The notes below the pieces were generated by a model. It ran no database searches and was not told where the DNA came from. It was given only the letters and a program-made list of their open reading frames with translations. A stretch of 37,287 nucleotides of DNA, from NCBI GenBank assembly GCA_017411785.1, contig JAFQPL010000018.1:1-37287 (forward strand), read 5' to 3'. The position numbers and the translations under genes were made by a program. This document shows positions 25,582-33,099 of the stretch, one piece after another. Position 1 is the stretch's first letter. Every line of letters starts with the position of its first letter. The DNA comes from Clostridia bacterium (GTDB lineage Bacteria > Bacillota > Clostridia > Oscillospirales > CAG-272).

Positions 25582-27075
25582 ATGAAAAACAAATGCGACG
25601 ATACTGTTGATTCTTCCTTGCTTGAGGAGGAATCGGAAAAACTTAATATAAAAAAGCAAAAACGGGACAAAAAGCAAAAAGCTTTCGTTGATATGACGGA
25701 AGGCCCGTTTTTGAAAAAAATGATATTTTTCGCAATACCGCTTATACTTACGGGACTTTTGCAGAGCTTCTATAATGCGGCGGATCTTATCGTTGTAAAT
25801 CTTTTCTCGGATTCCGAGGCACCTCTTGTCGGAGCTATAGGATCGACCTCCGCGCTTACAAATCTTGTTTTGGGACTTTTTATGGGTTTGTCTGTCGGAG
25901 CGGGTGTGTTGGTTGCTCATTACGTTGGCGCAAAGAGGGAAAAGGATGTAAATCTTGTTTTGCACACGTCGGTTATTCTTTCCGTTATATCGGGTGTACT
26001 GATCGCCGTGGTGGGATTCTTTTTTGCGGAGACCTTTTTGCGTTGGATGAATACGCCTGCGGAGCTTCTGCCTTACGCAACGCGGTATCTGCAGATAATT
26101 TTTATAGGAACTCCGGGCTCATTGCTTTATAACTACATCGCGGCAATGCTTCGTTCCTCGGGTGACTCCAAGCGGCCGCTTATTTTCCTTGCGATTTCGG
26201 GAATTATAAATATCGTATTTAATATTTTCTTGGTGACGGTATTTAAGCTTGACGTCGAGGGTGTGGCTCTCGCAACAATAGTTTCGCAGTACGCCTCGGC
26301 TGTAATGTCGCTTGTATATCTTATGAGGCTTAAGGGAATGCTTCATTTTTCCTTTAAACGTCTGAAGCTGAACGCAAAAAAGCTTAAACGCTTGCTTCAT
26401 ATAGGAATTCCATCGGGAATACAAGGCTCTCTTTTTTCGCTTTCAAATACTCTTATACAAACCGCAATGAATTCTATAGATGACGCCGCGGGCGCAGGCG
26501 GAAGGATTATTGACGGCTTTGCGGCAACGCAGAGTATTGAGAATTTTCACTATATAGCAATGCACGCTATATATTCGGTAGCGCTGACCTTTGTCGGTCA
26601 GAACGTCGGAGCTAAAAAGTATAGGAACGTAAAAAAGGTTACGCTCTATTCAATTTTTATAGTGCTTGCTATAGGGATCGGTATGGGTGCTGTTCTGATG
26701 ATATTCCAAAAGCCTTTTTTGAGCCTTTATATTTCGGGAGACGATGTTGCGCTTTCCGCGGCGATAACGAGATTTTCCATAATAATTCCAACTTATTTCC
26801 TGTGCGGAATGATGGATACTCTTTGCGGAACCCTGCGCGCTCTTAACAGGTCGGTGACCTCGATGGTCATATCTCTGACATTTACGTGCGGCTTGCGAAT
26901 TCTTTGGATACATACCGTGTTTGCGCATTTTAAAACGTCGGAGAGTCTTTTCTTCGCGTATCCTGTCAGCTGGCTTCTTTCCTGCGCGGTACATGTTATA
27001 TTTATAGTTTACGCGGCCAAAAAATTAATTAAGATCGAGTCAAATACAAATCCGTTGAATCTTGAGGGAAGTTGA
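25582..27075 (+). CDS. MATE family efflux transporter
   Basis: 12-TM protein with a typical MATE N-terminus (KKMIFFAIPLILTGLLQSFYNAADLIVV) and internal duplication. The 37-aa charged N-terminal extension makes the exact start uncertain; the ATG at 25693 is an alternative. Confidence 0.85.
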   Translation: MKNKCDDTVDSSLLEEESEKLNIKKQKRDKKQKAFVDMTEGPFLKKMIFFAIPLILTGLLQSFYNAADLIVVNLFSDSEAPLVGAIGSTSALTNLVLGLFMGLSVGAGVLVAHYVGAKREKDVNLVLHTSVILSVISGVLIAVVGFFFAETFLRWMNTPAELLPYATRYLQIIFIGTPGSLLYNYIAAMLRSSGDSKRPLIFLAISGIINIVFNIFLVTVFKLDVEGVALATIVSQYASAVMSLVYLMRLKGMLHFSFKRLKLNAKKLKRLLHIGIPSGIQGSLFSLSNTLIQTAMNSIDDAAGAGGRIIDGFAATQSIENFHYIAMHAIYSVALTFVGQNVGAKKYRNVKKVTLYSIFIVLAIGIGMGAVLMIFQKPFLSLYISGDDVALSAAITRFSIIIPTYFLCGMMDTLCGTLRALNRSVTSMVISLTFTCGLRILWIHTVFAHFKTSESLFFAYPVSWLLSCAVHVIFIVYAAKKLIKIESNTNPLNLEGS

Positions 27076-27077
27076 TA

Positions 27078-27824
27078 ATGAGTATACTTAAGGTTGAAGG
27101 ACTGTCAAAAGAATTTGGCGGTCAGATAGTATTAAATAAAATAAATTTTTCGATAGAAGAGAAGGGCGTTTACGCGATTCTCGGGAAAAAAGGGCACGGA
27201 AAGTCGGTTCTTGCTGCGCTCCTTGCGGGGTGCTATGAGGCTGATGAGGGAATCGTTGCATACAATGATACGGTCCTTGATCCAAACGATAAAAAAAGCA
27301 AGCTGCTAAAGAAAAAAATCGGATACGTTCCTGAGATCTGCTTTTTCCCGGCTGATATGACGGTATTTGAATTGCTTGATTTTACGGGGAAGATGCGCGG
27401 AGTGTCACCCGATAAGCGTTCCCGTCAGATAAAGGAAGCGCTCGAGCTTTTGCTTTTGACAGAAAAGCGCGAGGCTCTTGTAAAGGGGCTTACAGTAACG
27501 GAAAAAAAGCGGTTATCGTTTGCTAACGCTCTTGTCGGTAATCCTTCCGTTTTGATTCTTGATGAGCCGATATCCAATGCTTCGGCAGAGGACGCGGAGC
27601 TGATTAAGGATCTTATTTCAATGCTTGGAGAAAAAAAGGTTATAATCATTTTAACCGATAGGACCTCTGACGCAGATGCTCTTGCTTCGCAGATAGGTAT
27701 TATGTCGGACGGTGAGCTGGTTCTTTGGGAGTCGCTTGAGCAGATAAAGCTTAAGCTTGACGGAGATCGAAATGCTTTGCTAAAAACTTTTTTGGCATTC
27801 ACCGACGGTGCAAGGGAGGCTTGA
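27078..27824 (+). CDS. ABC transporter ATP-binding protein with degenerate signature and H-loop
   Basis: Walker A GKKGHGKS and Walker B VLILDEP are present. The track start (27072) is a TTG; the ATG at 27078 has a GAGGGA SD 8 nt upstream. Confidence 0.8.
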   Translation: MSILKVEGLSKEFGGQIVLNKINFSIEEKGVYAILGKKGHGKSVLAALLAGCYEADEGIVAYNDTVLDPNDKKSKLLKKKIGYVPEICFFPADMTVFELLDFTGKMRGVSPDKRSRQIKEALELLLLTEKREALVKGLTVTEKKRLSFANALVGNPSVLILDEPISNASAEDAELIKDLISMLGEKKVIIILTDRTSDADALASQIGIMSDGELVLWESLEQIKLKLDGDRNALLKTFLAFTDGAREA

Positions 27825-27827
27825 TCT

Positions 27828-30083
27828 ATGTTCAATTTGTATAAAAGAGAGCTTAAGCATTTAAGCAGAAACTTGCTTGTTATTGCTTCCGTGCTTGTGT
27901 TGTGCGCGGCTATAGTAACGGTGTTTACGGTAAATCTTTCCTCGAATTCCGCAGAGGGAGAGGGAAGAACTCAAATAGCTTGCTTTGAAAATCTTATAAC
28001 CCTAACGTCGATTTTCTTTGCCGTTGTAATTCCCGGTGTGGTTGTAGCCACCGTGGCAAAGGACGGACACGGAGAGAAGCCGTCCTATCTTGATAGCTTA
28101 CCCGTTACCGCGGCACAGATAGCTATTGCAAAAATTATTTCTGTGTTTACCGTCTTTTTGCTTCCGATAGCCTTTATAGCGGCTGTTCCGCCGATTATGG
28201 CAACGCTTTGCAGCATAAATTTTTTAAGCTTTTATCTGTCGTTATTTATGCTTGCGCTTTTTACTGCGTTTATAATATCCCTTTCCTTTGCGATAGCGTT
28301 GAAGGTTAAAAAAGCTGCGTCGGCGTCAGTTGTTGTTTATTCAATAATTTTTGCAAGCTTTGCTTTGGGAATAATTTCTCCGCTTACGCGATTTTTACCC
28401 ATTGGAACTGTAGCGGGCGGAGTCCTTTCGGAAATATTAAACGGATTTTCGATTTTTGAAAAGCTTGACTATGCTCTTTTTGAGCTTTTTGATTGGACGG
28501 CGTTATTGTTTTTCCTTTTTGGAACAGTTTTGTTTTCTTTCCTTTCGGTCAGAGCATATAATCAAAACAGGAGAAGCGGTAATATTTCCAAGGGAGAGCG
28601 TAAAGCGAAAAGCAAGTATAAAAAGGGCAAGAAAAAAGCCTTTGCTACCGTTGCCGTGGTTTTGCTTTTCTGCATCGGTATTCTCCCGTTGCTTTTACCG
28701 TGGAGTGTAAGGCAGATAGATATTAATAAAGAGAAGCTTTATACTCCCGCGGGCTCTGTAAAGGAATACCTTTCAGGTCTTGACGAGGAGATAAGGATCT
28801 ATCTTATCGACCCGTACACTAACGAGTTAAAGCTTCATCATGCAATTCTTCGTACAGCGGAGTCAAGTAAAAATATAAAACTCAAGGTTATAAATTCCGC
28901 AACGGACAAGGCTTTTCTTGAAAAGTATGACCTTGACAATAAAGATCAAGCCGATCTGTCTTACGCTATGATAATCGAAACCGATAAAAGATGGCAATTT
29001 ATCAATAAGGCGGAGTATTTTATTTACGACAACGAGAAGCTCGGTTATATGACGCAGGAGGAGCTTGAAACAAGATATACTTATTGCTTGAGCATACTTT
29101 ATAAGTATCAGAACGTATATGATAGCTTAAGCTCGGAAATGCAAACGCTTATTGATAATTACTATGCGATAGCACAGTCCCTGCAAACCGAAACCGTTGT
29201 TTGTCTGTGTGTTGACAGAGCAATAGCGGAGGCGGTGTCTTACGTAACTGCTGAGAATATTCCTACCGTATATTTCCTTTCGGGACACGGAGAGGAGGGC
29301 GCTGTAAGTAATCCTATAGATATCGCGGATGAGGATATTCCTGAAAACGCAGAGCTTATTATTGTGAATTCGCCGAGTGAGGATTATTCTGCCGAGGAAG
29401 TAGATAAGCTTACGGATTACGTCGATGGAGGCGGTAAGCTTTACATTATGGCAGATAAGGAAAATTATGCGATGCCTAATATCGCAAGATTGCTTTCGCA
29501 TTACGGACTTTCTGTTGAGGATACCGTTATTACCGAAAAGGAAAGTGATATCATAGATGTTTCGGTGAATAAAAAACACGAGGCGTTTTCTTCGCTTACG
29601 GCAGGTACGGTTACCGTTAAGGGAGTAAGCGGAATTTCTGTTGATACGGATAATTCAAAATATACTTATACAACGATGCTCTCTTACAAGCATACCGCAG
29701 AGGAGGAGGGAACCGAGACTGTCGCCGAGTACCCTGTGGCTGTTTCTGTAAGCGAGGGTGAAGAGCCCAGAATCGCGCTTTTCACAGGTGCGGTCACCTT
29801 TAACGGCGGAGATATCGGAATAGAGTCCGAGGTGTTGGAGAGAAGCGCGCTTTGCATTGGCGCTACAATGGATTGGCTTTATGAGCCGTTTGAATCGGAC
29901 GTTCCTCCAACGCCGTACAAGACCTATGAGCGAGAGCTTTGCGTGGCAGATGCTTCAACGGTAACGAGAATAGCTACGTCGTTTTATCTTGCTGTATTTA
30001 TTATAGCTTTTGCAGCTGTTCTTAATATAGCTTTGATAAATCTTCGCAGCAAAAAAGCAATTTCGGGTGAAGAGAATTTTTGA
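27828..30083 (+). CDS. Fused ABC-2-type permease and GldG-like (ABC_transp_aux) extracytoplasmic protein
   Basis: Residues 1-245 contain about 6 TM helices, followed by a Lys-rich linker and then a TM helix. A large domain follows with GldG-like landmarks: a short-repeat start (IDINKEKLYTPAGSVKEYLSGLDEEIRIYL), YFLSGHGEE and LIIVNSPSEDYSAEEVDKLTDYVDGGGKLYIM. There is a C-terminal TM anchor. Confidence 0.7.
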   Translation: MFNLYKRELKHLSRNLLVIASVLVLCAAIVTVFTVNLSSNSAEGEGRTQIACFENLITLTSIFFAVVIPGVVVATVAKDGHGEKPSYLDSLPVTAAQIAIAKIISVFTVFLLPIAFIAAVPPIMATLCSINFLSFYLSLFMLALFTAFIISLSFAIALKVKKAASASVVVYSIIFASFALGIISPLTRFLPIGTVAGGVLSEILNGFSIFEKLDYALFELFDWTALLFFLFGTVLFSFLSVRAYNQNRRSGNISKGERKAKSKYKKGKKKAFATVAVVLLFCIGILPLLLPWSVRQIDINKEKLYTPAGSVKEYLSGLDEEIRIYLIDPYTNELKLHHAILRTAESSKNIKLKVINSATDKAFLEKYDLDNKDQADLSYAMIIETDKRWQFINKAEYFIYDNEKLGYMTQEELETRYTYCLSILYKYQNVYDSLSSEMQTLIDNYYAIAQSLQTETVVCLCVDRAIAEAVSYVTAENIPTVYFLSGHGEEGAVSNPIDIADEDIPENAELIIVNSPSEDYSAEEVDKLTDYVDGGGKLYIMADKENYAMPNIARLLSHYGLSVEDTVITEKESDIIDVSVNKKHEAFSSLTAGTVTVKGVSGISVDTDNSKYTYTTMLSYKHTAEEEGTETVAEYPVAVSVSEGEEPRIALFTGAVTFNGGDIGIESEVLERSALCIGATMDWLYEPFESDVPPTPYKTYERELCVADASTVTRIATSFYLAVFIIAFAAVLNIALINLRSKKAISGEENF

Positions 30084-30102
30084 TTTTTGAGGAGTAAAAG
30101 TG

Positions 30103-30690
30103 ATGACTAAAAAGGAAAAGTTTATTGAAATATATAAATCAACTGTAACGAGAGAGGGCGCGGATAAGCTCCTTGAATATATTGTGGAAAAGACTGATTT
30201 TTTCACCGCGCCTGCAAGCACGCGCTTTCACGGCTCATACGAGGGAGGACTGCTTGAGCATAGTCTTAACGTTTACGAGTGTCTTTGCGATTATGTAAAG
30301 CATTCCAAATTTTGCGAAAAATACGGTTTTGAGTTCAGTGAGGAAAGTCTTGCTATAGTTGCTTTGCTACATGATATCTGTAAGACGAATTTTTATAAGA
30401 CCGAAATGAGAAACGTTAAAAAGGACGGAGTTTGGGTTCCTGTTCCGTATTACACTATCGAGGACAATCTTCCTTACGGCCACGGAGAGAAGTCGGTATA
30501 TATCGTATCGAGCTTTATTAAGCTTACGAGAGACGAAGCCTTTGCCATTCGCTATCATATGGGATTTTCAGGTCCCGAGGATGCAAATCAGGTTGGCAGA
30601 GCGCTTGAGATGTTTCCGCTTGCGTTTGCGCTTTGTATGGCGGATATGGAGGCTTCTTATTACATGGAGGGAAGTCCCGATAAGGTTTGA
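30103..30690 (+). CDS. HD-domain phosphohydrolase (YhaM-like HD module without an OB fold)
   Basis: Motifs FHGSYEGGLLEHSL, LLHDICK, YGHGEKS and RYHMG. GAGGAG SD 8 nt before the ATG at 30103; the track begins at a GTG at 30100. Confidence 0.72.
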   Translation: MTKKEKFIEIYKSTVTREGADKLLEYIVEKTDFFTAPASTRFHGSYEGGLLEHSLNVYECLCDYVKHSKFCEKYGFEFSEESLAIVALLHDICKTNFYKTEMRNVKKDGVWVPVPYYTIEDNLPYGHGEKSVYIVSSFIKLTRDEAFAIRYHMGFSGPEDANQVGRALEMFPLAFALCMADMEASYYMEGSPDKV

Positions 30691-30766
30691 AGTCAGTTCA
30701 CAGAAAAGGAGATATCTTGCGACGAAGCTTGATTTTGATGCGGATTGCAAGTTTTGAGCCACAGTT

Positions 30767-31921
30767 ATGAGTATAAAAAAAAGAGTTTTTCTTATAGTTC
30801 TTGACAGCCTTGGAGCGGGAGAGGCTCCTGACGCCGAGCTTTTCGGTGATCTCGGAGCGCATACTCTGCAAAGCCTTTACAATACAGGGCTTTTACGAAT
30901 AGACAATCTTTGTTCACTCGGAATAGGGGATGTAGACGGACTTAGCTTTCTCGGTTGTAACTGTGAGCGCAGAGCATCGGTCGCAAGACTTCGGGAGCTT
31001 TCTGCGGGGAAGGATACGACCGTTGGACATTGGGAGCTTGCGGGTCACGTTTCGCTAAAGCCCTTACCAACGTTTCAAGATGGATTTCCAAGTAAGATAA
31101 TTGAAAAAGTCAAAAGAATATCGGGTAGAAACGTCATTTGCAATAAGGCTTATTCGGGTACGCAGGTGATAAATGATTACGGTGCTGAGTCAATTGAAAG
31201 AGACGCGCTTATAGTTTATACCTCGGCAGACAGCGTTCTTCAGATAGCGGCGCACATTGATAGAGTATCGCTTGATGAGCTTTATGCTATATGTAAGGAG
31301 CTTCGGTGTGAGCTCAAAGGGGACGACGAGGGCGTTGGGCGTATTATCGCGCGTCCTTTTAAGACCGTTGAATGCGGAAAATTTATCAGGACAGCGGACC
31401 GACGTGATTTTTCGCTTGAGCCGCCGAAGGACTTGCTTCCCGAGACGGTGAAGAAAAATGGATTTGATTCGGTTTCGATAGGGAAAATATACGATATTTT
31501 TTCGGGTGTTGGCTTTACCGAGGCTTGCAGAACTCACTCAAATTCAGAGGGAATGAAAGCCTTGAGCGAGTATGCAAAAAAGGATTTTTCGGGTCTTTGC
31601 TTTGCAAATCTTGTTGATTTTGATATGCTTTGGGGACACAGACGCGACGCCGTTGCGTATGCTAAGGGGCTCAACACCTTTGACGCTTGGCTTGGGGATT
31701 TTTTGCCTCTTATGAGAGAGGATGACAACCTTATTATTACGGCAGACCACGGATGTGATCCAAGCTTTGAGCGTAGCACGGATCATACCCGTGAGTATGT
31801 TCCGTACATTGAATATTCACCTTTCGGTGATAAGCGAAATCACGGTACTGTTGACGGATTTTATTTTGTTGCCGACAGAGTAAAGAGTATTCTCGGTATT
31901 AAAAAAGAAAAAGAATGTTGA
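30767..31921 (+). CDS. deoB: Phosphopentomutase
   Basis: The N-terminus RVFLIVLDSLGAGEAPDAELFGDLGAHTL is typical of DeoB, with ITADHGCDP and HTREYVP near the C-terminus. Length 384 aa. Confidence 0.92.
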   Translation: MSIKKRVFLIVLDSLGAGEAPDAELFGDLGAHTLQSLYNTGLLRIDNLCSLGIGDVDGLSFLGCNCERRASVARLRELSAGKDTTVGHWELAGHVSLKPLPTFQDGFPSKIIEKVKRISGRNVICNKAYSGTQVINDYGAESIERDALIVYTSADSVLQIAAHIDRVSLDELYAICKELRCELKGDDEGVGRIIARPFKTVECGKFIRTADRRDFSLEPPKDLLPETVKKNGFDSVSIGKIYDIFSGVGFTEACRTHSNSEGMKALSEYAKKDFSGLCFANLVDFDMLWGHRRDAVAYAKGLNTFDAWLGDFLPLMREDDNLIITADHGCDPSFERSTDHTREYVPYIEYSPFGDKRNHGTVDGFYFVADRVKSILGIKKEKEC

Positions 31922-31932
31922 GGGCGAGCGTT

Positions 31933-32319
31933 ATGGAAAAAAGTATAAAGGAAAGGCTTATAGAATGCGCCAAGGAGGAAAGTAAGCACTCTTACTCTCC
32001 TTATTCTGAATTTTCGGTAGGGGCTGCGTTGTTATGCTCCGACGGAGAGATATACCGCGGCACTAATGTTGAGAATAAATCCTACGGCGCTACCTGCTGC
32101 GCGGAAAGAGTTGCTTTTTTTAACGCTATAGCTGACGGAAAGCGGGATTTTTCCGCCATAGCCATATATGCTGATAAGAATCCCTGCTATCCCTGCGGAA
32201 TTTGCCGTCAGGTCATGGCGGAGCATTGCAAAAAGGAATTTTTGATATATCTTTGCGACAGTGAAAGGATCATCGAGGAATCGCTTGATTCTCTTTTGCC
32301 TAAAAGCTTTGATTTTTAA
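31933..32319 (+). CDS. cdd: Cytidine deaminase
   Basis: Motifs CAERVAF and PCGICRQ; about 128 aa from the ATG at 31933, which has a GAGGG SD 8 nt upstream. The track start at 31915 lacks an SD. Confidence 0.9.
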   Translation: MEKSIKERLIECAKEESKHSYSPYSEFSVGAALLCSDGEIYRGTNVENKSYGATCCAERVAFFNAIADGKRDFSAIAIYADKNPCYPCGICRQVMAEHCKKEFLIYLCDSERIIEESLDSLLPKSFDF

Positions 32320-32337
32320 CGGAGAACATTTGTTATA

Positions 32338-33099
32338 ATGAAAAACAATGCAAAAAAGATTTTAATTTATACACGGTACATATTGCCCTTGATAGCGTTA
32401 ATTGTAACGCTGATAATGTTTTTTGTGCCAACGCACAGATTCAGAGCGGAGGGCGAATGGGGCGAGAAGGTGTCGGCGTTTAATCTGATGTCAAATTCCT
32501 GGGATATGTCGCGTGTTATCTTGTTTGGAAACGGGGAGAATACGGGCGCGGATCTTCTTTTTTCAAGGACTCTCTTTTCTTTGATAATAGTATTTGCCGT
32601 ATTGTTTGTTTTTTCGGCAGCTGTAAGCGCTTGGTCGCTTTTCACGGCTATGACGTATTTTTTAAGCGATGACCGTGAGAATGCGGAGAGGATAAAGCGG
32701 ATATTTAACGTGTTCTTTCCTAACAGAATAGTCTTGTGTATATGCTCGGCGGTGGGCATAGCCGCAGGACTTATGCCGTATGTTGTAAATTATTTATATA
32801 CAACGGTTTATTCCGATGATAGCTTTATGATGGTGCTTGAGGCGCCCGACTCGCTTATTGTCGGGGGAGCGCTTGTTGTAGCGTCAATTGTGTTATCGGC
32901 GGTCTGCGCTCCGCTTGAGAGAGGCTTTGATGCGGATATTTTTAAGAAAAAAGAAATAACAACGGCAGAAGACGAGCTTGATGACGTCTTTGATGAAGAC
33001 AGTTATACAGCAACTAACGCCGCACAGAATGAGAAGATACGAAGGCTATTTGCCGATAAAGAAAAAGACGAAAAGGATAGCAGTAAAAAAGATGAATGA
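32338..33099 (+). CDS. Hypothetical membrane protein with an acidic/lysine-rich C-terminal tail
   Basis: 253 aa with about 4 TM helices. I recognise no family motif. The stop overlaps the pcrA start by 8 nt. Confidence 0.5.
   Translation: MKNNAKKILIYTRYILPLIALIVTLIMFFVPTHRFRAEGEWGEKVSAFNLMSNSWDMSRVILFGNGENTGADLLFSRTLFSLIIVFAVLFVFSAAVSAWSLFTAMTYFLSDDRENAERIKRIFNVFFPNRIVLCICSAVGIAAGLMPYVVNYLYTTVYSDDSFMMVLEAPDSLIVGGALVVASIVLSAVCAPLERGFDADIFKKKEITTAEDELDDVFDEDSYTATNAAQNEKIRRLFADKEKDEKDSSKKDE

Noticed and set aside
32978-33091. 38-codon N-terminal extension of the pcrA track ORF
   Set aside because: It overlaps the C-terminal coding region of the upstream membrane-protein gene in another frame. 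The ATG at 33092 yields a normal PcrA N-terminus about 45 residues ahead of the Walker A motif.
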